Assembly (NCBI GenBank): GCA_963805625.1
Contig: CAWDVE010000010.1
Span: 288,001-352,000, forward strand
Origin: an uncultured Candidatus Rokubacteria bacterium
Lineage (GTDB): Bacteria; Methylomirabilota; Methylomirabilia; Rokubacteriales; DASRDR01
Direction: 5' to 3'
DNA length: 64,000 bases
Shown in pieces: positions 20,499 through 30,672 of this stretch. Made by a program: the position numbers and the translations under genes. Under the pieces are notes generated by a model. The model saw only the letters and a list, made by a program, of their open reading frames with translations, made no database searches and was not told the origin of the DNA. Each line of letters begins with the position of its first letter. The first letter of the stretch is position 1.

Positions 20499-22307
20499 AT
20501 GGACCAGTTCACACAGGATCCCGAGGCCCACGCGACGGGGCGGTACGGCGGGGGTGCCGGGACCGGAGCATCCCCGTGGGAGGTTGGGGAGGGCCCGATG
20601 GCAGCGACGGACCGGACGCCGGCGACGAGGCCCATCGCGGGCGGGAGCGCCCCCGAGACCGGGCAGGACGAGCTCGAGGACCTCTATCAGCAGAGCCTGC
20701 AGGACCTGCAGGAAGGCGAGGTCGTCAAGGGCACCATCATCGGTCTGACCGCCAACGAGGTCCTCGTCGACGTCGGGTACAAGAGCGAGGGCACGATCCC
20801 GATCGATGAGTTCCACCGGAGCGGCATCACCCCGGAGATCGGCCAGGAGATCGAGGTCTACCTCGAGGCCAAGGAAGACTCCGAGGGCCTCATCGTCCTC
20901 TCCAAGGAGAAGGCCGACAAGATCAAGGTCTGGGACGTCATCACGCGGGCCTACGAGAAGGGCGCGCCGGTTGACGGGAAGGTCGTTGAAGTAGTCAAGG
21001 GCGGCCTGGCCGTTGACGTGGGCGTCAAGGCGTTCCTGCCTGGCTCCCAGGTGGACCTGCGCCCGGTGAAGAACCTCAACTCGATGATCGGGCAGCAGAT
21101 CAAGGCGCGCGTGATCAAGTTCAACCGGCGCCGAGGCAACGTCGTGCTTTCCCGCCGGGTGGTTCTGGAGGAGGAGCGCGAGGAGAAGCGGAAGCACACG
21201 CTGGCGGTGCTCCACGAGGGCATGGTCACGACCGGCGTCGTGAAGAACATCACCGACTACGGTGCCTTCATCGACCTCGGCGGCGTCGACGGTCTCCTGC
21301 ACATCACTGACATGTCGTGGGGACGGATCAGCCACCCGTCCGAGCTCGTGCAGGTGGGTGACAAGCTGGACGTGGTCGTCCTCCACTTCGACAAGGAATC
21401 CGGCCGCGTCTCGCTCGGGCACAAGCAGAAGGGCCCCGATCCCTGGGAATCGGTCGCGGAGCGGTTCTCCGTGGGTAGTCGCCACCAGGGCAAGGTGGTG
21501 AGCCTGACGAACTACGGGGCGTTCGTGGAACTGGATCGCGGCATCGAGGGGCTGGTCCACGTCTCGGAGATGTCGTGGACCCGCCGGGTGCGGCACCCGT
21601 CCAAGCTGGTCAACGTCGGCGACGACGTCGAGGTGATGGTCCTGGCGGTCGACAAGGGCCAGAAGCGCATTTCGCTCGGCATGAAGCAGGTCGAGTCCGA
21701 CCCGTGGGACTCGATCGAGGAGCGCTTCCGGCCCGGCGTGAAGGTGCAGGGGAAGGTGCGCAATCTGACGGACTTCGGCGCGTTCGTGGAGCTCGAGCCG
21801 GGGATCGACGGCCTCCTTCACATCTCCGACATGACGTGGGCGCGGAACGTGGCGCATCCTTCCGAGCTCCTCAAGAAGGGGCAGCCGATCGAGACGGTCA
21901 TTCTTCATGTCGACAAGGAGAACAAGCGAATCTCGCTGGGTCTCAAGCAGCTCCAGCGGGATCCGTGGGAGGACGTCACCCGGAAGTTCCCGGTCGGGTC
22001 GAACATCAAGGGCAAGGTGGTTCGCCTCACGGAATTCGGCGCCTTCATCGAGCTCGAGGCGGGCGTGGATGGTCTGCTCCACATCTCGCAGATGTCGAGC
22101 CGCCCGGTGGCGACGCCTCAGGACGTGGTGCAGCTCGGCGACGAGCTGACGGTGAAGGTGATTCGCATCGAGCCGAACGAGCGGCGCATCGGGTTGTCGC
22201 TCCGAGATCTCGCCGCCGACATTCCGGTGGTGGAGGAGGAGGAGCACCGCGGCCGTCGCGGCCGGAAGCGCGACCGCGACCGGTACGACAGCGACGATGA
22301 CGAGTAG
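20499..22307 (+). CDS. rpsA: 30S ribosomal protein S1
   Basis: Six S1 repeats (TDYGAFIDLGGVDGLLHITD etc.); GGAGG RBS; follows cmk-plsC. Confidence 0.97.
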   Translation: MDQFTQDPEAHATGRYGGGAGTGASPWEVGEGPMAATDRTPATRPIAGGSAPETGQDELEDLYQQSLQDLQEGEVVKGTIIGLTANEVLVDVGYKSEGTIPIDEFHRSGITPEIGQEIEVYLEAKEDSEGLIVLSKEKADKIKVWDVITRAYEKGAPVDGKVVEVVKGGLAVDVGVKAFLPGSQVDLRPVKNLNSMIGQQIKARVIKFNRRRGNVVLSRRVVLEEEREEKRKHTLAVLHEGMVTTGVVKNITDYGAFIDLGGVDGLLHITDMSWGRISHPSELVQVGDKLDVVVLHFDKESGRVSLGHKQKGPDPWESVAERFSVGSRHQGKVVSLTNYGAFVELDRGIEGLVHVSEMSWTRRVRHPSKLVNVGDDVEVMVLAVDKGQKRISLGMKQVESDPWDSIEERFRPGVKVQGKVRNLTDFGAFVELEPGIDGLLHISDMTWARNVAHPSELLKKGQPIETVILHVDKENKRISLGLKQLQRDPWEDVTRKFPVGSNIKGKVVRLTEFGAFIELEAGVDGLLHISQMSSRPVATPQDVVQLGDELTVKVIRIEPNERRIGLSLRDLAADIPVVEEEEHRGRRGRKRDRDRYDSDDDE

Positions 22308-22329
22308 ACCGGGCGGGTAACCCAGGAAC

Positions 22330-23250
22330 ATGCGCGGCAAGCTGGTCCGGGCGCTCGGCGTCACCGCGCTCGTTTTTGCCGGCTGCTTCGCGGTCGTGCT
22401 GGGGGTCCTCGTCTTCGGCGAGCCCGGGGTCCCGTCCCTCGGCGGGAACCGGGTCGCCCTCGTCGAGATCGAAGGTCTGATCGTCGACGCCGACCGGGTC
22501 GTGCGTGAGCTAGGGGACTACGGAGAGGATCCGTCGATTCGGGCCATCGTCGTGCGGATCCAGAGCCCGGGCGGCGTCGTGGGACCGACGCAGGAGATCC
22601 ACGACGCGATTCGGAAAATCCGCACCCAGGGCAAGCCCGTCGTCGCCTCCATGGGCTCGGTGGCGGCGTCGGGAGGGTACTACCTGGCGGCGGCCGCGAC
22701 GCGCATCGTCGCGAACCCCGGCACGCTCACCGGGTCGATCGGCGTCATCATGCAGCTGGCCGAGATCGAAGGCCTCCTCAAGAAGGTCGGCGTCCGCTAC
22801 GAGGTCATCAAGTCCGGCCGGTTCAAGGACAGCGCGTCGTTTGCTCGGCCCATGACACCGGAGGAGCGTGCCGTCCTCCAGACCGTGCTCGATGACATGC
22901 ACGATCAGTTCGTGACGGCCATCGCCGAAGGTCGCCGTCTCGGGAAGGAGCGGGTGCGAGCGCTGGCGGACGGGCGCGTGTACTCAGGACGGATGGCGAA
23001 GGACCTCGGTCTCGTCGATGCCCTGGGCGGGCTAGACGAGGCCATCCGGCTCGCGGGCGAGCTGGGCGGGGTTCGAGGCAAGCCGCGCCTCGTCCGGCCC
23101 CGCCGCGCCTGGCGCATTCTCGACCTGGCCGACCTCGTCGGCGGGGAGGCAGCCCTCACATGGCTCCGATCCGCCGGCTGGCCCGGCCCTGGTTTGCCGG
23201 CGTTGCCCCTCCTCGGGTCCTCCAAGCTGCCGCTCTATCTTCTGGACTGA
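22330..23250 (+). CDS. sppA: Signal peptide peptidase (S49)
   Basis: SPGG, AASGGYY and TGSIGVI motifs. Confidence 0.93.
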   Translation: MRGKLVRALGVTALVFAGCFAVVLGVLVFGEPGVPSLGGNRVALVEIEGLIVDADRVVRELGDYGEDPSIRAIVVRIQSPGGVVGPTQEIHDAIRKIRTQGKPVVASMGSVAASGGYYLAAAATRIVANPGTLTGSIGVIMQLAEIEGLLKKVGVRYEVIKSGRFKDSASFARPMTPEERAVLQTVLDDMHDQFVTAIAEGRRLGKERVRALADGRVYSGRMAKDLGLVDALGGLDEAIRLAGELGGVRGKPRLVRPRRAWRILDLADLVGGEAALTWLRSAGWPGPGLPALPLLGSSKLPLYLLD

Positions 23251-23297
23251 GCCGTCTGGATCTGTTCCCTGGCGAGATCGGCATGGAACCTCGCGGC

Positions 23298-23327
23298 TTG
23301 ACAGGCGTTTTTGGCCCGTGATAGCGT
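23298..23327 (+). promoter_or_regulatory. Putative sigma70 promoter of ihfB
   Basis: TTGACA-18 bp-TAGCGT with an extended TG. Confidence 0.5.
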
Positions 23328-23366
23328 GAACTCGAACTCCTGGAAGGCTGCCGAAGGAGGGCGAGT

Positions 23367-23651
23367 GTGCCGACGATGACGAAGGCTGACCTCGTTGACG
23401 AGGTCGCCAAGCTGTCGAACCTGACCAAGAAGGAAACCGAGCTGATCGTCAACACGATATTCGACAGCATCTCTTCGGCGCTCGCCCGGGTTGAGAAGGT
23501 CGAGCTCCGCGGGTTCGGGAGCTTCAGGGTGCGGCGGCGGAACTCCCGCCGGGGCCGTAATCCGAAGACGGGCTCCACGGTGAGCGTGCCCGAGAAGCGG
23601 GTGCCTTTCTTCAAGGTGGGCAAGCGCCTGAAGGAGCTAGTCAACACGTGA
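23367..23651 (+). CDS. ihfB: Integration host factor beta / HU family protein
   Basis: MTKADLV, VELRGFGSF and GRNPKTG motifs; rpsA-sppA-ihfB synteny. Confidence 0.88.
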   Translation: MPTMTKADLVDEVAKLSNLTKKETELIVNTIFDSISSALARVEKVELRGFGSFRVRRRNSRRGRNPKTGSTVSVPEKRVPFFKVGKRLKELVNT

Positions 23652-23760
23652 GAGCAGGGCCGCGACCCCGACCCGGGGCGGTCGCGGCGGGTTGTCGGCG
23701 GGCCTTCGAGCCTGCGAGCCGATCTCTCCGGCGGACTCTCCGGGATCAGCGCGCGCTCTG

Positions 23761-26484
23761 ATGGGCGACGATGTCACGCGTTCCCGGCCCGGGACACCCT
23801 CGGATCCAGCCGGCGGGGTCCCGCCGCCCGACCTGGTCGAGACGGAAATCCCTCTCACACCGATGATGCGCCAGTACCACGAGTGGAAGCGGCGCTATCC
23901 GGATTACCTCCTGCTCTTCCGCCTCGGCGACTTCTACGAGGCGTTCCACGAGGACGCCGCCGTGGCGGCCCGCACACTCGACATCACGCTCACCGCGCGG
24001 CAGAAGATCCCCATGGCCGGGGTGCCGCACCACGCCCTCGACGTGTACCTCGCGCGGCTCGTCCGGGCGGGACTGAAGGTCGCGATCTGCGATCAGGTCG
24101 AGACCGCGCCGGCCAAGGGGCGGCAGCTGATCCGGCGGGAAGTGGTCCGGCTCGTCACGCCCGGGACCGTTACCGAGACGGGACTCCTCGACGGGCGCCT
24201 GAACAACTTCCTAGCAGCGCTCTGGCGAGGCCCGGACCACCTCGGTGTCGCCCTGGTGGACGTGACGACCGCCGACTTTTGGGTCGGGGAGTCGACCGAC
24301 GTGGAGGCGCTGACCGAGGCGCTGCTCCTTCGCCGGCCCGCGGAGGTGCTGCTTCCCCCGGGGATTCCGGCGGACGATCCGCTGGCGACACGCCTGGGCT
24401 CGGCGGGCGTGCCCGTGACCGCACGCGATGCCACGAGCTTCGGCCTCCGCGAGGCGGAGGATCGCCTGCGCGCTCATTTCCGTCTCGCCGCCGTCGAGGG
24501 GCTCGGCCTGCCGCGCCGCGGCGGGGCGCTCCGTGCCGCGGGCGCGGCTCTCGGCTACCTCCAGGAGACGCAGCAGACGCCGCTCGGGCACCTCACCCGC
24601 ATCCAGACGCTCGCGCTGGAGGACCACCTCACCCTTGACGAGAGCGCCGCGCGCAACCTGGAGGTGGTCGAAACCCTCCAGGACCGCGGCGGCGCGGCGA
24701 CGCTCCTCTGGGCGATGGACCGCACTCGCACGTCGATGGGCGGGCGGCTCCTTCGCCAGTGGCTTCTCCGGCCGCTCCTCCGGCCGCGCGACATCGGGGA
24801 GCGGCTCGACGCCGTCGCCGCCCTGGTGGAGGCTCCGGCGCTCCTGGCCGATCTCCGTCAGGCGCTCGAGGGGATCGGCGACCTCGCCCGCCTCGCCAGC
24901 CGCGTCGCCCTGGGGGTGGCTGCGCCGCGAGACCTCGCGGCTCTCCGCGCGACGCTCGGATCCCTCCCCGCCCTTCGCGAGCGCGCCGAGCCCTGCCCGG
25001 ACCCGTTGATTCGCCAATGTGCCGAGTCGGTGGAGGACCTGGGCGACCTGGGGAAGACGCTCGAGGCGGCGCTCGTGGATGAGCCGCCCCTCACGCTTTA
25101 CGAGGGCGGGCTAATCCGCGAATCCTGGAATCCCGCCCTCGCCGAGCTGCGGCGAGAGGTGCGGGAGGCGCGCGCCTGGATCGCGGGGCTGGAGGGGCGG
25201 GAGCGCGAGCGCACGGGCATCTCGTCCCTCCGGGTGAGGTACAACCGCGTGTTCGGCTACGGGATCGAGATCCCGAGGAGCCAGGCGCGGCCCGTCCCCG
25301 AGGATTACGTGCGACGCCAGACGTTGGTCGGGGCCGAGCGCTATGTGACGGCGGAGCTCCGGGAGCAGGAGGCGAAGGTCCTGGGTGCCGAGGGGCGGAT
25401 GAACCGCCTCGAGTACGAGCTGTTCGACGAGCTCCGGCGGACCGTCGCCGGGGAGGCTGACAGGCTCCTGCGCACCGCCCACGCGGTGGCGACCCTCGAC
25501 GTAATGGCGTCGCTGGCTCACGTGGCGCGCGAGCGCGGCTACGTCCGGCCCGCCGTCGATGACGGGGGCGTCATCGACATCCAGGAGGGCCGGCACCCCG
25601 TGCTCGAGCTGAGGACCGACGGCGCCCGGTTCGTGCCGAACGACCTCCGGCTCGTGTCGGGCGAGGTCGAGTGTCTCGTGATCACGGGGCCGAACATGGC
25701 CGGGAAGTCGACCTACATGCGGCAGACGGCGCTCATCGTGCTGCTGGCCCAGGTGGGGAGCTTCGTGCCGGCCCGGAGCGCGCGGATCGGGGTGGTGGAC
25801 CGGGTGTTCACGCGGATCGGAGCCCAGGACAACCTCGCCCGCGGGCACAGCACGTTCCTCGTGGAGATGACGGAGACGGCAGCCATCCTCCGGCACGCCA
25901 CCCCGCGGAGCCTCGTCCTCCTCGACGAGATCGGGCGGGGCACATCGACCTTCGACGGCCTCTCGATCGCGTGGGCGGTGGCCGAGCACCTCCACGAGCG
26001 CTGCGCGGGGGCGAAGGTCCTCTTCGCGACGCACTATCACGAGCTGACGCGGCTGGCCGCGGAGCTTCCGCGTGTCCAGAACGTGCACGTGGCGGTCCGG
26101 GAATGGAAGGACGACATCGTCTTCCTCCACCGCGTGGTGCCGGGAGGGACGGATCGTTCGTATGGCATCCAGGTGGCGCGCCTAGCCGGACTGCCGGACG
26201 AGGTGGTCACTCGGGCGCGGGCGCTCCTGGGGGAGTTCGAGCAAGGCGCTCCCGCCCCGGCGGCGCCGACCGGAGCCGGCTCGGGGCAGCTCGCGCTGTT
26301 CGGCGGAGCGGGCGCGGTGCGAGCGGATGAGACCGCCGTTCCGATCGCCAGCGGGCCGGCGCTGCCCGTGGCTCCCCATCCCGTGCTGGCCCAGCTGGCG
26401 GCGCTCGACCCGGAGCGGATGACTCCCATCGAGGCGCTCGCGGCGCTCGACGAGCTTCGCCGGCGGCTCTCGAGCGAGCCATGA
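23761..26484 (+). CDS. mutS: DNA mismatch repair protein MutS
   Basis: TPMMRQY, GDFYE, GPNMAGKST, DEIGRGT and SYGIQVA motifs. Confidence 0.98.
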   Translation: MGDDVTRSRPGTPSDPAGGVPPPDLVETEIPLTPMMRQYHEWKRRYPDYLLLFRLGDFYEAFHEDAAVAARTLDITLTARQKIPMAGVPHHALDVYLARLVRAGLKVAICDQVETAPAKGRQLIRREVVRLVTPGTVTETGLLDGRLNNFLAALWRGPDHLGVALVDVTTADFWVGESTDVEALTEALLLRRPAEVLLPPGIPADDPLATRLGSAGVPVTARDATSFGLREAEDRLRAHFRLAAVEGLGLPRRGGALRAAGAALGYLQETQQTPLGHLTRIQTLALEDHLTLDESAARNLEVVETLQDRGGAATLLWAMDRTRTSMGGRLLRQWLLRPLLRPRDIGERLDAVAALVEAPALLADLRQALEGIGDLARLASRVALGVAAPRDLAALRATLGSLPALRERAEPCPDPLIRQCAESVEDLGDLGKTLEAALVDEPPLTLYEGGLIRESWNPALAELRREVREARAWIAGLEGRERERTGISSLRVRYNRVFGYGIEIPRSQARPVPEDYVRRQTLVGAERYVTAELREQEAKVLGAEGRMNRLEYELFDELRRTVAGEADRLLRTAHAVATLDVMASLAHVARERGYVRPAVDDGGVIDIQEGRHPVLELRTDGARFVPNDLRLVSGEVECLVITGPNMAGKSTYMRQTALIVLLAQVGSFVPARSARIGVVDRVFTRIGAQDNLARGHSTFLVEMTETAAILRHATPRSLVLLDEIGRGTSTFDGLSIAWAVAEHLHERCAGAKVLFATHYHELTRLAAELPRVQNVHVAVREWKDDIVFLHRVVPGGTDRSYGIQVARLAGLPDEVVTRARALLGEFEQGAPAPAAPTGAGSGQLALFGGAGAVRADETAVPIASGPALPVAPHPVLAQLAALDPERMTPIEALAALDELRRRLSSEP

Positions 26485-26597
26485 GCCCGCAGGCTGCCCC
26501 AGGCGGAAGGCCGTCCAATCAAGGCCGTCCGTCCAGTCAGGGTTGTCTGATCATGCCGAACGCGGCACGGGGTTAGTTTAGCTCGGTGGGTGCGGTC

Positions 26598-28337
26598 ATG
26601 TCGACCGTCCAGCGGCTCCCCGACGCCGTCGTCAACAAGATCGCGGCCGGGGAGGTCGTCGAACGCCCGGCGTCCGTCGTCAAGGAGCTGGTCGAGAACA
26701 GCCTGGACGCAGGGGCGACCCGTATCGAGATCGCGGTGCGGGGCGCCGGGCGCCAGCTCATCGCGGTGACGGACGACGGGCGCGGGATGCCCCCCGAGGA
26801 CTGCCTGCTCGCGCTGGAGCGGCATGCGACCTCGAAGCTCAGGACGGAGACCGACCTCGAGGCGATCGGCACGCTCGGGTTTCGCGGGGAGGCATTGCCC
26901 GCCATCTTCGCCGTCTCCCGGCTTTCGCTCTTGTCGCGGCCCGCCGCCACGCCGCGGGGGTTCCTCATCGTCGGGGAGGGCGGGGTCGTGGGGGAGTCGG
27001 GTCCGGCCGAGGCGACAGCCGGCACGACCGTCGAGGTCCGGGATCTGTTCTTCAACACGCCGGCACGGGCCAAGTTTCTGAAGAGCCCCGCCACGGAGCA
27101 GACGGCCATCGTTCGCGTCGTGACCCAGCTGGCGCTGGCCAATCCCCGGGTCCACCTCCGCCTCCTCGCGAACGGGCGCGTCCTCCTGAACGCTCCCCCG
27201 GGCGCCGGCCTCCGGGAGCGGGTTGGCGCGCTGTACGGATTCGGGCTGGCGACGCGGCTCCTCGAGGTGGCGGGCGAAGGTGCGGGGGCGCGTGTGGCCG
27301 GCGTCGTCGCCCCTCCGGCACTCTCCCGGACCCATCGCGACGACATTCACTTCATCGTCAACGGGCGGGTGGTCCGCGACACGCTCCTGACGCAGGCCTT
27401 GCTGGAGGCGTACCGGCCGCTCCTGCCGCGAGACCAGTTCCCGCTGGCCGCCCTCGAGCTCGTGCTCGACCCGAGCGAGGTCGACGTCAACGTCCATCCC
27501 GCCAAGACTTGGGTGCGGTTCCGCCGCCCGCGGGTGCTCTATGGCGTCGTGCTCGACGCCGTCCGGAAGGCTCTTCGCCAGATGGACGCGGCGCCGGCGG
27601 GCCTGGTCGCGCGGCTGGCAGGAGACGAGGCGGGCCCGGGTGGGGCCGTCTTCCCCGCGCCCGGGCTGGGTGGCTCCCCCGACTCGGCCGGCTGGGCGGG
27701 GGGGGACCCGGCGCAGGCCACGCTGTTTCGCGAGGGCGAAGCGGGCTATCGGAGCGAGCCCTTCTTCGGTCGCGTCGTCGGCCAGATCGAGGATACCTTC
27801 ATCGTGGCGCACACGGCCGAGGAAGTTTTCTTCGTCGACCAGCACGTCGCGCACGAGCGCGTGCTCTTCGAGCGGCTGCGTGGTGACCTCGAGCGCGGCA
27901 CGCTCGCGTCGCAGGAGCTGCTGTTCCCCCAGCCGCTCGAGCTGGCCCCGGCGCGCCTTCGGGCCCTCGAGCGCGTCAACCCCGAGCTCGCGCGCCTCGG
28001 GTTCGCGCTCGAGGGATTCGGAGGGGGGGCGATCCTCCTGCGGGCGGTTCCCTCGCTCCTCCGGACCGAAGATCTCCCACGGCTTGCCGACGAGCTCTCG
28101 CAGGAGCTCGACGAGGACGCGGGGCAGGGGAGCTCCCCGGTACTGGACCGGCTGCTCGCGTTCGTCGCGTGCCGCGCTGCCATCAAGGCCCACCAGGCGC
28201 TCGTTCCGGAGGAGATGGCGCAGGTCCTGACAGACCTGGCGGAGACCGCCACGCCCTACTACTGCCCTCATGGACGGCCAATCGTCTCGCGGATCCCGCT
28301 CGGGGAGATCAAGCGCGAGCTCCGCCGGACCTGGTGA
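26598..28337 (+). CDS. mutL: DNA mismatch repair endonuclease MutL
   Basis: IAAGEVVERPASVVKELVENS, GFRGEAL, DQHVAHER and CPHGRP motifs. Confidence 0.98.
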   Translation: MSTVQRLPDAVVNKIAAGEVVERPASVVKELVENSLDAGATRIEIAVRGAGRQLIAVTDDGRGMPPEDCLLALERHATSKLRTETDLEAIGTLGFRGEALPAIFAVSRLSLLSRPAATPRGFLIVGEGGVVGESGPAEATAGTTVEVRDLFFNTPARAKFLKSPATEQTAIVRVVTQLALANPRVHLRLLANGRVLLNAPPGAGLRERVGALYGFGLATRLLEVAGEGAGARVAGVVAPPALSRTHRDDIHFIVNGRVVRDTLLTQALLEAYRPLLPRDQFPLAALELVLDPSEVDVNVHPAKTWVRFRRPRVLYGVVLDAVRKALRQMDAAPAGLVARLAGDEAGPGGAVFPAPGLGGSPDSAGWAGGDPAQATLFREGEAGYRSEPFFGRVVGQIEDTFIVAHTAEEVFFVDQHVAHERVLFERLRGDLERGTLASQELLFPQPLELAPARLRALERVNPELARLGFALEGFGGGAILLRAVPSLLRTEDLPRLADELSQELDEDAGQGSSPVLDRLLAFVACRAAIKAHQALVPEEMAQVLTDLAETATPYYCPHGRPIVSRIPLGEIKRELRRTW

Positions 28338-29317
28338 CCCCCGTGTCCCGGGCGCTCGATGGCCGCACGCCGCCCATCCCCCTCCTCGCGATCCTCGGCC
28401 CGACGGGCGTCGGCAAGACGCGACTGGCGGTCGCGCTCGGGCAGCACTGGCCGATCGAGGTGGTGAGCGTCGACTCCCGGCAGGTGTACCGCCGGATGGA
28501 CATCGGCACCGCCAAGCCCACGCCCGAGGAGCGCCGCGCGGTCCGCCACCACCTCGTGGATGTCGTGGAGCCCGATGCCGGCTACGACGCGGCACGCTTC
28601 GTCCGTGAGGCGGCTGGGGCGATCGTGGCCGCGCGGAGCCGGGGGCGGTGGCCGGTCCTGGTGGGCGGCACCGGTCTCTACTATCGCGCGCTCGTCCGAG
28701 GGCTTCTGCCGCGCCCTCCGGCGGACCCGGTCCTCCGGGCCTCGCTCCAGGCCGAGGCTCGCCTGGCGGGCCCCGAGGCCCTCCACAGCCGCCTCCAAGC
28801 CCTGGACCCGGACGCAGCCGCCCGCCTTCACCCGCGCGACGGGCTCCGCGTGAGCCGCGCCCTGGAGGTGGCCCTTCAGACCGGCCGCCCGGCTCTCCAG
28901 ACCGGCGCGGGCGCCTGGGGAGAGGCCACCACAGAGCCAGGGTACCGTGTCGTGGCGGTGGGCCTCACGGCGCCCCGCCCGGCGCTCTACGAGGCGCTGG
29001 ATGCCCGCGTGGACCGGATGCTGTCCGAGGGTCTCGTCGACGAGGTGCGGGCGCTCCTCGAGGCCGGGTTCGCCTCGACCTTGCCGGCCATGCAAGGGAT
29101 CGGGTACCGGCACCTCGTGCCCGTGGCCGAGAGGGGCGGGGACCTGGAGACGGCCCGGGTGACGATGAAGCGGGACACCCGACGCTACGCGAAGCGGCAG
29201 TGGACGTGGTTTGCGCGCGAGCCCGACCTCGTGTGGGTGGAAACGCCCCCCGGTAACGTCGCGGGAGCGTTCGCCGATCTCAAGAAAATCGTTGAACGGA
29301 CGCATATTTTCGACTAG
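28334..29317 (+). CDS. miaA: tRNA dimethylallyltransferase
   Basis: GPTGVGKT, DSRQVY, GGTGLY and RYAKRQ motifs. Confidence 0.96.
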   Translation: MTPVSRALDGRTPPIPLLAILGPTGVGKTRLAVALGQHWPIEVVSVDSRQVYRRMDIGTAKPTPEERRAVRHHLVDVVEPDAGYDAARFVREAAGAIVAARSRGRWPVLVGGTGLYYRALVRGLLPRPPADPVLRASLQAEARLAGPEALHSRLQALDPDAAARLHPRDGLRVSRALEVALQTGRPALQTGAGAWGEATTEPGYRVVAVGLTAPRPALYEALDARVDRMLSEGLVDEVRALLEAGFASTLPAMQGIGYRHLVPVAERGGDLETARVTMKRDTRRYAKRQWTWFAREPDLVWVETPPGNVAGAFADLKKIVERTHIFD

Positions 29318-29328
29318 GCTGACTGAGC

Positions 29329-30672
29329 GTGTTGCGCGTGCAGAGAGCGGTCGACCAGGCGATCCTCATGGGCCTCCGTCTCCCTCGCCAGAAGCGCTGG
29401 GAGGTGGAGGAGTCGATGGAGGAGTTGAGCCGCCTGGCCGAGAGTGCCGGAGCGGAGGTCCTCGCCAGCGTCATCCAGGAGCGCAGCGAGCGAAACCCGC
29501 GCCTCCATTTCGGGAAGGGCAAGGTGGAGGAAGTCCGGGACCTGGCCCGAGCCCTCGGGGCGGGTCTCCTGATCTCGGACGATTCGCTGTCACCCGTGCA
29601 GGAGCGAAACCTCACCCGTGCTCTGGACCTTCGCGTCATCGACCGCACGGCCCTGATCCTCGACATCTTCGCCCAGCGGGCGCGGACGAGCGAGGGCAAG
29701 CTCCAGGTCGAGCTGGCGCAGCTCACGTACCTGCTCCCGCGCCTGGTGGGACAGTGGTCCCACCTCGAGCGACTCGGTGGCGGCATCGGGACCCGAGGGC
29801 CCGGCGAGACGCAGCTCGAGTCGGACCGGCGCGTGGTTCGGCGTCGCATCGCGCAGATTCACGAGGCCCTCGAGGACGTCCAGCGTCACCGGCGCCTGCT
29901 CCGGACGCACCGGCGTGACGTCGGGCTGTCGGTCGCCGCCCTGGTGGGATACACGAACGCGGGCAAGACCACCCTCCTCAACCGGATCGCCGGGGCGAGC
30001 GCGCCGACCGCGGACCAGCTCTTCGTCACGCTCGACCCCGCGGCCCGGCTCGTCTCTGGCGGGGGCCGAGCGCCGTTCGTGCTGACGGACACGGTCGGGT
30101 TCATCCAGAAGCTTCCGACGCAGCTCGTGGCGGCCTTCAAGGCGACGCTGGAGGAGCTGGAGGACGCGCAGCTCCTCCTTCACGTGGTGGACGTGAGCCA
30201 TCCGCACGCGCGGGAGCACATGTCGGCCGTGTACCATGTGCTCGAGGAGCTCGGGCTCGAGGACCGACCGGTGCTGACGGTGATGAACAAGATCGACCGC
30301 CTGGCCGAGCCGAACGGTCTCCAGCGCGAGCTCGGCATCGAGGGTGGGGTGGCGGTATCCGCCCGGACCGGCGAGGGGCTCGACACCCTCCTGGCCCGGA
30401 TCGGTGACGCGCTCCGGGTGACGCGGTCGGCCTTCCGCCTGCGTGTGCCCTACGAGCGCGGGGGAATCCTTGGCCGCGTGTATGCGCGTGGGCGGGTGCT
30501 GGGACGAGAGGATCGTCCCGATGGAATCTGGCTCGACGTCGAGGTCCCGCGAGCGTTGGAGGGCCTGGTTCGGCCCTACCGCGTCTCCGGTGCGGACGGT
30601 GCTGGCGTGCGTGAGTCCGGGAGGGTCTGGCCCGCCAGCCGTGGAACCACTCTCCAGGAGGCAGGATCATGA
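29329..30672 (+). CDS. hflX: Ribosome-splitting GTPase HflX
   Basis: GPGETQLE, GYTNAGKT, DTVGFI and NKID motifs. Confidence 0.96.
   Translation: MLRVQRAVDQAILMGLRLPRQKRWEVEESMEELSRLAESAGAEVLASVIQERSERNPRLHFGKGKVEEVRDLARALGAGLLISDDSLSPVQERNLTRALDLRVIDRTALILDIFAQRARTSEGKLQVELAQLTYLLPRLVGQWSHLERLGGGIGTRGPGETQLESDRRVVRRRIAQIHEALEDVQRHRRLLRTHRRDVGLSVAALVGYTNAGKTTLLNRIAGASAPTADQLFVTLDPAARLVSGGGRAPFVLTDTVGFIQKLPTQLVAAFKATLEELEDAQLLLHVVDVSHPHAREHMSAVYHVLEELGLEDRPVLTVMNKIDRLAEPNGLQRELGIEGGVAVSARTGEGLDTLLARIGDALRVTRSAFRLRVPYERGGILGRVYARGRVLGREDRPDGIWLDVEVPRALEGLVRPYRVSGADGAGVRESGRVWPASRGTTLQEAGS

Noticed and set aside
20499-22307. Internal repeats in rpsA
   Set aside because: Ordinary S1 domain repeats
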